Source: the human T2T-CHM13v2.0 reference genome, Homo sapiens. Taken from it: DNA of 64,000 nt. Of this stretch, positions 13,291-27,722 are shown piece after piece. A model generated the notes under the pieces. It was not told the origin of the DNA. It did no database searches and saw only the letters and a list, made by a program, of their open reading frames with translations. The position numbers were made by a program, and so were the translations under genes. The stretch is taken from assembly GCF_009914755.1 (NCBI RefSeq), contig NC_060936.1. One strand, given 5' to 3'. Numbering within the stretch: the stretch's first letter is position 1; each line of letters starts with the position of its first letter.

Positions 13291-14863
13291 TAAAATATTA
13301 TCACCACCTCCCTTCGGAAGCCAAAAAAAATCAGATTAATTAAATGTTGACTAACATTTAATTAATGGCATTGACATATTTAAAGAAAAAAGAAAAGACA
13401 GTCTACATGAAGCCTGGAAAAGAAAAACCTTTGTACATTCTTCTTTTATTATCTGTGGAAGAGATACCCTGACCAAATACACCAGTATCTCAGTCTCCTT
13501 AGAATCTTCTCATTAATTTCTTTTGCTCCAATTATAATTCAATTATCTCTATCATTTTTTTTCTGTTTGTTTTCCCAAAGGAGAATGCTATAACTAGGCC
13601 ATAGAGAGTATTAGAGTCTTCTTGACTACACTAGTGGATAGGACTACCACTGAAAATCATGTATGGAAAAAAAACCAAAATAGGGAGAATAGAAAATAGG
13701 AAAAGAAAGTAGGAAGAAATATGAGCCCATACAGGAGTCAAAGAAAACACACACACATGCATACACACACAAATACAAACAACATGTAGTTAGGCAAAAG
13801 AAAAGTCTGAATAGTCAGGTTAATAGATGCTAAGAGGAAAAGAAGTTTGATTATGAGGTAAAGGCAACAGTATAAAATGCCAGAGAGACATGATAAAAGG
13901 GATTTCCTGTAGGTATTTAGGTCACTGGTGATTTCTATGTGAGTAAATCCAGAAGAGGAGAGAAAAAAGCCAGTTTACAAGAGGCAAATAAGTGGTAAAG
14001 AAGTGCTAGAGAAGCACAGCGTATCAAACCATGCTGTTTTACTTTGTGATAAGTTAGGATGGTAGCTAGAGTGGGGTCCTCTTCATACTACAAAATGTGA
14101 AATCCATAGAACCCCCTTTACCCAGTATGATTTGCAGCAGTGTGACAGAGAAAGAAATAATAAAGAAGTAATACACACATCTTAAATGCTTAAAATATAC
14201 AAACAAACATTTACTTGTCAGTTACTAATGGAGAGCCAAGTCTTTTGCTTTGAGTTCAAAGTCATGCCTTTACAAATCACACGAAATATGTATTCTGTAG
14301 GAGTTCCAGCTTTAATTTAAAGTGCAGTGAGAAATTAAAGATTCTTCCAGAGAAATCTGAATAATGAATAGTAGATTCATATGACGTTCTCCAATATTTT
14401 ACAATTTTCTTACCCACCCCTAATATGATAACACATTGTTAAGTACTTGACCAAATCAAGTTTTCCTAAATATCCAACCTTTTTTTGGTGAAACAACATA
14501 TTTTGGAAAATGTGTTCAGTTGGCTGTCATTGTTGGTTTAAAAGAGCTTCTACTGAAGAGGGAAATTTGCTACTTCTCTTCCTACACTCATAACCATTCC
14601 TGTAAAATTCTTTACCCTAAGAGAGAATATATTCAGACATAATAAAAGGTTGCCAGCTGAAAAGCTCTATCGTAAAATAAAATTTTAATTGACCACATTT
14701 TTTATATGTAACTGACACTGATCCAATTCCTTCTTCTACTATATAACTTGCAGAACTACTTTAAGAAAATGTACATGAAATAACCTGAAAATTGTAAAGG
14801 ATTTTACAAAACCAAAGACATTATTTGATGGAAGATATATTTATAACATCTATCATTCATTTC

Positions 14864-17800
14864 TTTTTTATAAATACATACTTTAAGTTCTGGGACACAT
14901 GTGCAGAAGGTGCAGGTTTGTTACATAGGTATACATGTGTCACGGTGGTTTGCTGCACCCATCAACCCGTCATCTACATTAGGTATTTCTGCTAATGCTA
15001 TCCCTTCCCCAGCCCCCCACCCCATGACAGGTCCCAGTGTGTGACATTCCTCTCCCTGTGTCCATGTGTGCTCATTGTTCAACACCCACTTATTAGTGAG
15101 AACATGTGGTGTTTGGTTTTCTGTTCCTGTGTTAGTTTGCTGAGAATGATGGTTTCCAACTTCATCCATGTCCCTGCAAAGGCAGGAACTCATCCCTTTT
15201 TATGGCTGCATAGTATTCCATGGTGTATAAGTGCCCACATTTTCTTTATCCAGTCTATCATTGATGGGCATTTGTGTTGGTTCCAAATCTTTGCTATCAT
15301 GAATAGTGCTGCAATAAACATGCGTGTGTATGTGTCTTTATATTAGAATGATTAATAATCCTTTGGGTATATACCCAGTAATGGGATTTCTCAGTCAAAT
15401 AGTATTTCTGGTTCTAGATCCTTGAGGAATCACCACACTGTCTTCCACAATGGTTAAACTAATTTACACTCCCACGAACAGTGTAAAAGCATTCCTATTT
15501 CTCCACATCCCCTCTAGAATATGTTGTTTCCTGGAGTACTTATGGGTGAGAACATGCAGTATTTGGTTTTCTGTTCTTGTGTTAATTTGCTGAGAATGAT
15601 GGTTTCCAGCTTCATCTATGTCCCTGCAAAGAACATGAACTCATCCTTTTTAATGATCACCATTGTATCTGGCGTGAGATAGTATCTCATTGCGGTTTTG
15701 ATTTACATTTTTCTAATGACCAGTGATGATGAGTTTTTTTTCATGTTTGTTGGCTGCATAAATGTCTTCTTTTGAGAAGTGTCTATTCGTATCCTTTGCC
15801 CACTTTTTGATGGGGTTGTTTGTTTTTTTCTTGAAAATTTGTTTAAGTTCCTAGTAGATTCTGGATACTAGCCCTTTGTCAGTTGGATAGATTGCAAAAA
15901 TCTTCTCCCATTTGGTAGGTTGCCTGTTCACTCTGATGATAGTTTCTTTTGCTGTGCAGAAGCTCTTTAGTTTAATTAGATCCCATTTGTCAATTGTGGC
16001 TTTTGTTGCCATTGCTTTTGGTGTTTTAGTCATGAAGTCTTTGCCCATGCCTATGTCCTGAATGGTATTGCCTAGGTTTTCTTCTAGGGTTTTTATGGCT
16101 TTAGGGCTTACATTTAAGTCTTTAATGCATCTTGAGTAACTCTTTTTTATAAGCTGTAAGGAAGGGGTCCAGTTTCAGTTTTCTGCACATGGCTAGCCAG
16201 TTTTCCCAACACCATTTATTAAATAGGAAATCCTTTCCCCATTGCTTGTTTTTCTCAGGTTTGTCAAAGATCAGATGGTTGCAGATGTGTGGTGTTATTT
16301 CTGAGGCCTCTGTTCTGTTCCATTGATCTATACATCTGTTTTGGTACCAGTACCATGCTGTTTTGGTTACAGTAGACTTGTAGCATAGTTTGAAGTCAGG
16401 TAGCATGATGCCTCTAGCTTTGTTCTCTTTGCTTAGGATTGTCTTGGCTATGTGGGCTCTTTTTTGGTTCCATATGAAATTTAAACTAGTTTTTTCTAAT
16501 TCTGTGAAGAAAGTCAATTGTAGCTTGATGGGGATAGCATTGAATCTATAAATTACTTTGGGCAGTATGGCCATTTTCACAATATTGATTCTTCCTATCC
16601 ATGAGCATGGAATGTTTTTCCATTTGTTTGTGTCCTCTCTTGTTTCCTTGAGCAGTGGTTTGTAGTTCTCCTTGAAGAGGTCTTTCATGTCCCTTGTAAG
16701 TTGTATTCCTAGGTATTTTATTCTCTTTGTAGCAATTGTGAATGGGAGTTCACTCATGATTTGACTCTCTGTTTGTCTATTATTGGTGTGTAGGAATGTT
16801 TGTGATTTTTGCACATTGATTTTGTATCCTGAGACTTTGCTGAGGTTGCTTATCAGCTTAAGGAGATTTTTGCTGAGATGATGGGGTGTTCTACATATAC
16901 CATCATGTCATTTGCAAACAGAGACAATGTGACTTCCTCTCCTCCTATTTGAATACCTTTTACTTATCTCTCTTGCCTGACTGCCCTGGCCAGAACTTCC
17001 AATATTATGTTGAATAGGAGTGATGAGAGAGGGCATCCTTGTCTTGTACCAGTTTTCAAAGGACTGCTTCCAACTTTTGCCCATTCAGTATGATATTGGC
17101 TATGAGTCTGTCATAAATAGCTCTTATTATTTTGAGATATGTTTCATCAATACGTGGTTTATTGAGAGTTTTTAGCATAAAGGGGTGTTAAATTTTATCA
17201 AAGGCCTTTTCTGCATCTATTAAGATAATCATGTGGTTTTTGTCATTGGTTCTGTTTATGTGATGGATGACATTTATTGATTTGCATATGTCGAACCAGC
17301 CTTGCATCCCAGGGATGAAGCCGACTTGATCATGGTGGATAAGCTTTTTGATGTGCTGCTGGATTTGTTTTGCCAGCATTTTATTGAGGATTTTCATATC
17401 AATGTTCATCAGGGATATTGGTCTGAAATTTTCTTTTTTTGTTGTGTCTCTGCCAGGTTTTGGTATCAGGATGATGCTGGCCTCATAAAATGAGTTAGGG
17501 AGGAGTCCCTCTTTTTCTATTGTTTGGAATAGTTTCAGAAGTAGAATCCTGCTTTGATTCCGTCTGGTCTGGTGCTTTTTTTGCTTGGTAGGCTATTATT
17601 TACTGCCTCAATTTCAGACCTTGTTATTGTTATATTCAGGGTTTTTACTTCTTCCTGGTTTAGTGTTGGGAGGGTGTATGTGTCCAGGAATTTATCCACT
17701 TCTTCTAGATTTTTTAGTTTATTTGCATAGAGGTGTTTATAGTATTCTCTGATGGCAGTTTGTATTTCTGTGGGATCAGTGGTGATATCCCCTTTATCAT

Positions 17801-17999
17801 TTTTTATTGTGTCTATTTGATTCTTCTCTCTTTTCTTCTTTATTAGTCTGGCTAGTGGTCTATTTTGTTGATCTTTTCAAGAAAACGCTCCTAGATTCAT
17901 TGATTTTTGAAGGGTTTTTTGTGTCTGTATCTCCTTCAGTTCAGGTCCGATCTTAGTTATTTCTTGTCTTCTGCTAGCTTTTGAATTTGTTTGCTCTTG
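14864..17999 (-). mobile_element. 5'-truncated L1PA (about L1PA7), ~3.1 kb, disrupted ORF2
   Basis: L1 3'UTR at the left end; ORF2 peptides in ORFs 15851..16048, 16122..16814 and 17188..17409. Carries an internal duplication at 15534-15646 and a ~30-bp deletion near 17540. Confidence 0.96.
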
Positions 18000-18009
18000 A
18001 ACCCTTTTA

Positions 18010-18380
18010 CATATCCAAAAACTATTTATTGACCACCTACCCTATATGAGGCACTATGCTACACGTTGGTTACAGAGTGGTGAAAACATACTCACCTTTT
18101 CCTACACTGTGGAGCTTAAAGTAATGAGGAAAACAGGAAATAAGCTGATACACAAATCACAGTAGGTGTTATGAAAGAAAAAGTGTGGGGTATTTTGTGA
18201 GCGAATAACAGGGAGACCAACATTAAATTGGGTGGTCCCAGATAACCTTATGATCTAAAGTATGAGTTGCAATTAATCCAGCAAGAACAAGAGAAAAAAT
18301 TGTTACAAACAGAGGGAATACGCGTGTAAAGACCTAACTGCGGGAAAAAGCCTCACGTCTCTGAGAAATGAAGAAAACAT
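18010..18380 (-). mobile_element. L2 3' end
   Basis: tatttattgaccacctac...ggcactatgcta...tggagctta, the reverse of the L2 terminus. Confidence 0.7.
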
Positions 18381-19547
18381 GTGTTTCTCAAATGACATGA
18401 AGCAGAGACCAAATGCAACAACCTCAGTTTGGGCAAACATGATGACAAACAAGCCTGAAAATTTCAGAAAGAAGTTGCTATAAAGTTGATATGCATCTTA
18501 ATGAGAAAAAAAGTATGTAGAGCAATGCAATGCAGCCTCATAAGACTAGCCTCCTGTGTCTATAATACTAGTCTTGTCCAGCTGATTTTCAAAATTACTA
18601 CAACAGCAGTTTTCTGTACACATTGGTCCAACCTGTTTCACTGTGACCTTTTGGTAACAGTATGGACCAGGAATTCTTTCTTACTGCAAAAGCCCTTTGT
18701 CAGATTCCCTCATCCTCTGTACTCACTTCATTCTTCCAGTAACTCTTTCACTCTCACTCCCGAGAATTTTCTTCCTCAATGAATTTACAAAGCATTCATT
18801 TCCATGCACGCCCTTAATTTGCAAACTCTATTCATTTAAGAACTCCTGAAACATCCCTTCCTTCCTCTAGTCTTTCTTAACTGAAAAAACAAAGGTGATT
18901 TTTAGACTTATTCTGTTCCGACCAGACGCACAATTCCTTTGACTTCTTGTGTACTTAATAGTTACTCACTTGAATCTCATCTAAAGTCATTACAGAATCC
19001 GCTAACAAATGTCTCATATCATAGATAGCACTGTGAGGTAAATGACCTTTTGAGGATTCTAAGATGTATGCAGGTTATGTAAAAGTCCTAAATATACTAA
19101 CATTTTCTGTGGTGATTAGCTTCAGAACATTACCTAGCTAAGGGTAATAAAATGCACAACACATAATTTCAAGTGGGAAGAATTGATTAGGGAAAATACA
19201 CATGCAATTTCTATCATACAAACCTTAAGAAAGAGCTGAGTCTTGTAAGCAGAGCCAGGAACAAAATGAGAAGAGAAATCAGTATAGCTATGGGATGCTT
19301 TGCAGATATCCCATATTTTGAGTTGTAGAGGATTAACAACTCTTTTGTGGGTAAACTGACCTCTAGCTTCACCCTAGGACCCTGGTTAAATGTTTATTGA
19401 TAACACATCTTGTAACAACTCATCCACTCTATCTCACTTGCTTTGTTCAACAGCATCTTTGTCTTGCAGACACTATGTACAGGCCAAATGGATGCTCATT
19501 CTCCAGCTAGCGCTGATAAATTGGCATGAGTTAGAAGTAGTCTATAT

Positions 19548-19849
19548 CAGCACTGTTCAACAGAAATATAATGTGAGTCATATATATAATTTAATTTTTC
19601 TAATAGTCTCATTAAAAATTGTACTGAGATTAATTTTAATAGTATATTTTATTCGACCCAATACATCTAAAATATTATTTCAACATATAATCAATATAAA
19701 AATTATTGAGATATTTTAAATCTTTTTTCATGCCAAGTCTTCAAATTCTGGTTTACATTTTACATTTAAACCACCTATTAATTCAGTTGAGCAAAATTTC
19801 AAATGCTGAATAGCCATGTTTCCAGTGACTAGCCTATTGAGCGGCACAG
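19548..19849 (+). mobile_element. MER33 (hAT-Charlie MITE)
   Basis: cagcactgttcaacagaaatataatg...tattgagcggcacag with degenerate 8-bp TSD gtctatat / gtctagac. Confidence 0.85.
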
Positions 19850-20229
19850 GTCTAGACAGCTTATTCTTGGTATTCTTCTCCCAGTCTTTTTCATCCCACA
19901 AAAGTATTAGGTATGCCTAGAGGAAAAGGTAGAAGAGAGATTCTACAGATAGCAGATATGATTGTAAATAATGACATAAATGGATAAGCCACAGACACCC
20001 ACAAATATTTTCTTTATGAATCAAATTCATGAACCCATGTAAACTAACCTCTTTCCAGCGTTATCATAACGACGACCATGACACTTCACTCCACCCGCAG
20101 CGCACTCATAAATCATCTTCAGCTAAGCTGGGCTACTTGTTATTTCCTAACAAGACCTTAAGTTCCTTCATTGTCAATTCCTTTTCCTTACTACTCTTGC
20201 CATTTTACTCCTTTTTCACTAACTACTCA

Positions 20230-20835
20230 GCAGTTCAATCTAGAAATATGAGACTCACTTGACTTTTCCTTTTCCCTCATTCTGTGTAACAGATAAATCA
20301 CAAGTCCACTTTATTTTTCCATTTCCAGGGCTATCCTCCTAATCTGAATTACCACCATCTATTGTCCGTAAGAGCCTCTTAAAATGGTCCTCTTAATTCC
20401 CTTCTATTTCTAACCAAACCATACTCCACACAGTTCTTACAGCAATGTCTTTAAAACATCAACAGTATCATGTCTCTCCTTTACTTAAAACACTTCAATG
20501 GCTTACCATGACATCTAGCCTGAAATGGAAACTCCTTCCATGGTTTCAGACTCTGCATGATCGGACCCCACCCTACATCTTCATTCTCATCCCATGCCAC
20601 CTTCCCCAATTCACTATGCATCAAACCTAAGGCCTCTTTTCAGTCCCTTAAACATACCAACCTTTTATCCCAACTCAAAGCCTTAGTATATACCTGGCTG
20701 TCACTATTTTTTTTCTCTAATGTATATCTAATTTTCAAATAAAACTGTAAATTCTTCAAGGACAAGGACTCATTTGTATAGTTTTCATAGTTTACCACTA
20801 AAGGCTAATGCTCAGTAAATAGCTGTTGATTGCTT
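20230..20835 (+). mobile_element. L2 3' region
   Basis: catgtctctcctttacttaaaacacttcaatggctt...ctgtaaattcttcaagggacaagg...gctcagtaaatagctgttga. Confidence 0.7.
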
Positions 20836-20894
20836 CACAAATATAAATGGGTTAAAAATGTGTTTTAAGACCTTTCAAACGATGATGATCATCA

Positions 20895-21115
20895 TTACAA
20901 TTTAAATTTATTGCACACTTGCTATGCACCAGGAACTATGGGAACACTTTTCACTGAGTCTCTTAGTCTTCACAACAACCCCACAAGGTAGATGCTATTA
21001 TCCCAACTGTAATAACAATGATAAAACTAAGGCTGAAGGGGTAAATACTTTGCCCCTGTGTCTGTGAAATTAAATAATAGGAACTGAGATTTGAACCCTG
21101 ATCTGTCCATCTCTA
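20895..21115 (-). mobile_element. MIR
   Basis: tttattgcacacttgctatgcaccagg...tcacaacaaccccacaaggtagatgctattatccc...gagatttgaaccc. Confidence 0.75.
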
Positions 21116-22358
21116 CAAATAATTGTTTTGCCTCCTTGAATTTCTATAAGCTTTAAGTAATTTATTTTTCTCTAGTTTTAATAAACAACCATACTAACAA
21201 CTCAAAAATTTTAAAATCAATATGCATGTGATCAGTTTTTACATTCTACATTGTGTAGATATCTTATGCTGACATTGCACTGCTTCAGTTGCTATTTTTG
21301 GAACATGGTTGCATAGCAACAAGGATTATTAGGTGGAACTATCTTCCAGATTGTATTTTGTTTTTTTTTTTAAATAGAGTTACCATATTATTCATATAGA
21401 AATAGCTGAGGAACAAGGGGACAAATTTGATACAATCTATAATATCACATAAACAATAAGAAGAATGCTTTTCTGTTCAGTAATGTTTTGGTTTTCATTT
21501 CCACATATTTCCTTCCGTCATCAAATATATTTGGAATCCAACATGGTTGGGGAGTGACAACATGTAACTGAAGATGTTAAAACTTTAGAAGTGAACCAGT
21601 TAAGAGCAACAGGGTTGGAAAGAACTATGTTTACTTTATAAAGGGGAAAAAACTGCTCCACAGATCTCAGATCCTATCCAGAATTCTTACAGCTATGTTC
21701 TCTTGGAACCAGATGTAACTGAGATGGAGCATATGGCTAGCTCCATGCAAAGCCCTCACCGCTAGTTAAAAAGAGAGAAAAGAACAGAAAGAAGAAAGAA
21801 AGAAAACACATCTGAAAAATAGTGGCTTAATGCTATCATTTTACATTAAAAATAAATTAGTGGCATACTGCTAAGGGAAAAATCTGTACGTACATAATAC
21901 ATATCCAAAGCACGAACCAGGAACAATGCAAAGGGGATCTAATTTCCTTGTCAGCTAAATCATATTTTTCCCTCAGCTTATTATTAAAAGATTGTATTTT
22001 TAGGAGTAAGTAATAAAATTAACTGTAAAATTTAATCAAATGTAATTCATGATACAAATGGATATGGACAAAGTGAAGGATAATCAAATGATTCACTTTT
22101 TGCAGGGCATCCAGTAATGCCCAGTATCTGACATAAAGCCAATCTTACCTGACAACGTAAGAAAACCATGTGATCAAAATGCCTCTGCTAGTGCTGACAT
22201 GTTGTTAAAAAAATAATGAGGAAAATAAACTGTAATGAAGAATAAAAGAAAAAAACCCCATAAATATGAGTAAGGCTATATGGGAGAAAGAGTGCAGGAT
22301 TTTGGCATCCGAAAACCTAGTCAGTCATAGTCCTGAGTTTTGGTATTTAAACTCGTGA

Positions 22359-22685
<327 letters not shown>

Positions 22686-22929
22686 CAGTTTCTTCATTTT
22701 TGGAGTCACAATTTTCTCCTCTATGAAATGGGGACAATATTTCCTTCCTTGCCCAATTCAGAGGCTTTTGTGAAGTGAGAAAGGATTGATCCATGCAGTC
22801 ACTATTGCACTTTTCTGCCACTTGATTTATGAGTCACCAGGGATACATGTGAGCAGGTGCAATGTGCTGCTAGCCTACCATCTAGGCAAGGGTTCACAGA
22901 TGATTCTTAACCTGATAAGCATTCTATCC

Positions 22930-24300
<1,371 letters not shown>

Positions 24301-25269
24301 ATCTATATCTGAAAGAAAAATCATACATATACAAAAGAAATCATGTAGCAACAAGAAAGCAGCAAATTTAGGGTTCCACGTAGATGCAGTATATTTATAT
24401 TAACCAATGCCAAGCTTTTCAAAATATGTGTATTTGGTTTCCCCTGAATTTCAGTAGAGTTTCTATGGATAAATATTATCCAAATTCGTTTTTCTGGAAT
24501 GGTTCTATTATGTGCATAATGATGCAGATTTTGGAAAATGAACAACAACAAAAAAGTGTGTCTGTACTTTCAACAAATACTTAAAAGACCTTAAACAGGA
24601 GTTAGAAACATGGGCAAGAGTTTCTACTTGGAACAATAACAATGATTTCACCAGGAAAACCTATCTAATCAGATAGATGTTTGATAGGACAAGACAAACT
24701 GTAAAGGAATAATACTCAAAGAACATTTGGGCTGTAAGTGTCTCAAACTTACAGTTACTACTGTTACAAAAGAAGATTCAGCTATTGATAGACTATGAAC
24801 ACAGAGGCCAGTGCAAGATTAACAACCTCATTCTATTCCTCTGTGGAGACAATCTTGGAATAAGAAATTCAGGCCATTATGTAGCAGCAGAAGAAAAAAA
24901 TACAGACAAAATAGGCTTGCTTTTGTAAAAAGCAATAAATATGAGTAAGGTGCTAGCAGGACTGACAGACAGTGAGTTCACAGTGTGGCATGTAATTGAG
25001 TTGAATTTTGTATAATAAATCTGAGATAAATTCTAGGCAAGGTAACGAAGAAATGGAAGAGAACCATGGCAACCACCTATTGCTATTTAAAAGGTATGCC
25101 CTAAACTTCTCCTCTAGAAGAATAAGGTGAGTATTGCAACTGGATATGATAAAGGAGGGAAAGTCTTCATTTGATGCAGGCTCAGCTTTTGGATGAAGAG
25201 CTATTTGACTGTCAATCTTCTGAAGGACCTAATAAACCCTGAAGACATCCTATACCAGACAAAGTAAAG

Positions 25270-25300
<31 letters not shown>

Positions 25301-25349
25301 ATATATATATATATACATACATATATATATATATATATACACACACACA
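25270..25349. repeat. Compound (TA)n/(CA)n microsatellite
   Basis: Seen directly; contains a perfect palindrome (see findings). Confidence 0.95.
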
Positions 25350-25449
25350 ACACTGCATACTCACTATACCTTTTTTTTATTCCTTAGAACTCTGACATAA
25401 TGTGCTTTGATGCTCTTGGTAGCTAATATTTATTGGCTAAATTAATGGT

Positions 25450-26240
25450 CCCAAATGTCTGCTGCTACTCATTCATCTATACCTCCTAGGAACCATTCTG
25501 GGTGTCCACTGATGAACAAAGCAGAAACAACAGACATTATCCTTGTTTTGTGGGTGTACAGAAGCAGGAGGCAGACAGTTAGGAAGAAAAAAAAGTTTGT
25601 GACTGTTAGCTTCTGAAGGAAACATAATAGAACCCCAGTGGATGGGGAAGAGACTATTTAGATAGAGGAGACAGAAAAGGTAATTTTTAGGTTAAAATAC
25701 AGAGGATGGGTAAGAGCCAACTATGGAAAAGGAGAGGGAAGAATTATGTTTCAAGTAATAGGACAGAATATAGAAAATTCACGAAGAAAAAAGAAGACTG
25801 AAATTTCTTCTAGGAAATAAGAGGTCAATGCGACTAAATATGAGAAGCAAGACATCAAGTGGAATGAGACAAGTTAGGAGAGGGAGGGAGGGGACACATG
25901 ATAGCTTTGTAATAGGGAGCCACTAAATGGCAATAAGCAAGGGAAGAACATGGGCCAATTTTTTACTTTTAAATTATTACTCTGTCTGCTGTGTGCAGAA
26001 CATACTGGAGATAGCAAAAGCAAATGTAACAAACCAATATAGTAGTGACAACAATTTGCTGACTTAGACTTCTATAATGGAAGGGAGACAAAGACAAGGG
26101 TGTGGATTTGAGCTTTTTATTTTGAAAACTAAAACAAAGGACATGAATATAAGTTGGGTGTCCAGAATGAGAGAGGAATCAAGGGTGGCCTCAGTGTCCA
26201 TGGTGTTAGCAAATGGGTGGTGAACGAGGCAAAAGTGGGT
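25450..26240 (-). mobile_element. L2 remnant
   Basis: aatagggagccactaaa...taagcaagggaagaacatg...attactctgtctgctgtgtg...gagagaggaatcaagggtggcctc. Confidence 0.65.
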
Positions 26241-26829
26241 AAAATTGGGAGAGAAACATTTTCTTATTTTAAATCCCAATTTGCTCCTTGGGTACAATAA
26301 TCCCTTTCATAGTTGAGTAATAGAATTTCATATTATCTAATCAACCACATGTTATTTCACAGCCAATCCTGTAGGCACTTTAAATACCTTTTAATATTTT
26401 TAATCCTTAAAATGCCTTTAAAAGGTAGGTATAATTTTCCCATTTTACCAAAAGAGAGTGTCAGGGAGGGTTAGTAACTGGTTGAGTTTCCCAGTTAGCA
26501 TGTGATAGGTCTGTCTATACACTCCTTAATTCCTAACTCCAGCCAATGTTTATCCAGTATATTATAGTATATTATACTCTTTTTTACCCTCATCTTGCAT
26601 CCATCATTAGAATTTTATATAAGCAAATGACCATAGCACATAGCTTATAACTGTTTAGCAATCAATTCACTTTGTCTTTTATTAATTTTAGTTGAATGAC
26701 TAAATAAAAACATTTCTACCTCCCTTCATAGATTATAAAGTCTGCAAGGGTATGTCTTTTTTTTTTATCCTCCATAGCATCAAGCATATGCCTTCCAAAT
26801 AGCAGCAAATAAATAGTACTTTTTTTTAA

Positions 26830-27050
26830 ACCACTTGTTCTAGGCACTACTGAAAATATCTCACATATATATTAACTCATCTAATCCTTACAGCAAGTGT
26901 GAGATATTACTTTCCTTCCCATTTTATATAAGGGAAATGGAAGCACTGAGAGTTAAGCAACTTCCAAAAGGTCACACAGTTAATAAGCTGCATAACCAGA
27001 TTTCAAACACAAGTGGTTGGGCTCTAGAGTGATCTTGTAGACAGTACAAT
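26830..27050 (-). mobile_element. MIR
   Basis: aactcatctaatccttacagcaa...cccatttta...gagagttaagcaactt...aaggtcacacagttaataag. Confidence 0.75.
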
Positions 27051-27051
27051 A

Positions 27052-27386
27052 GAATAGTCTCTGCTTATTGATGGAGAATATGTTCTAAGACCTGCAGTGA
27101 ATGCCTGAAACCACAAATAGTACCAAACCCTATATCTGCTATGTTTTTCTTATAAATACATACTCATGATAAAGTTTAATGTCCAAATCCAGCATGGTAA
27201 GAAATTAGTGACAATAATGAAATAGAACACTTATAACAATATACTGTAATCAAAGTTATGTGAGTGTGCTCTCTCAAAATACTTTATTGTACTGTACTCA
27301 ACCATTTTTGGATTGCTGCAGATTTTGGTTGACTACAGATGACTGAAGCCATGGAAAGCGAAACTGTAGATAAGAGGGGACTACTG
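27052..27386 (+). mobile_element. MER44A (TcMar-Tigger7 derivative)
   Basis: TIRs gaatagtctctgcttat / ataagaggggactactg flanked by TA; interior matches recalled MER44A. Confidence 0.8.
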
Positions 27387-27539
27387 TACTGCCTAGTGAA
27401 TGTGCAGTGAAAAGTTCAACTTAAGGAAAGAAGTCAGAGAAAAACTTGAGTGAATGGAGTTTACAAATCACTCTTAGGCAATGTAATTATTTTGAATGCT
27501 AAGTCAAAATACTACTGAGATACTTTAATTTTGCTTCCC

Positions 27540-27722
27540 TAAGTAGTCCTACTACTTAAAAGCTTACAAATTTGGGATGCTACTTGAACTTCTCTAGCTT
27601 CGGTTTCCTCATACATAAAATGGGGATAGCAATAGTACTGACCTAAAAGATGGTTAATAAGATTAAATAAAAAATGCATATAAAGCGTTGTAAGCATTAT
27701 GTCCAGCACATAGTAAGCACAG
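27540..27722 (+). mobile_element. MIR
   Basis: cttcggtttcctcatacataaaatggggatagcaatag...agcacatagtaagcac. Confidence 0.75.

Noticed and set aside
14840-18020. TSD for the 3.1-kb L1
   Set aside because: No matching flanks found by eye; I cannot distinguish decay from target-site deletion.
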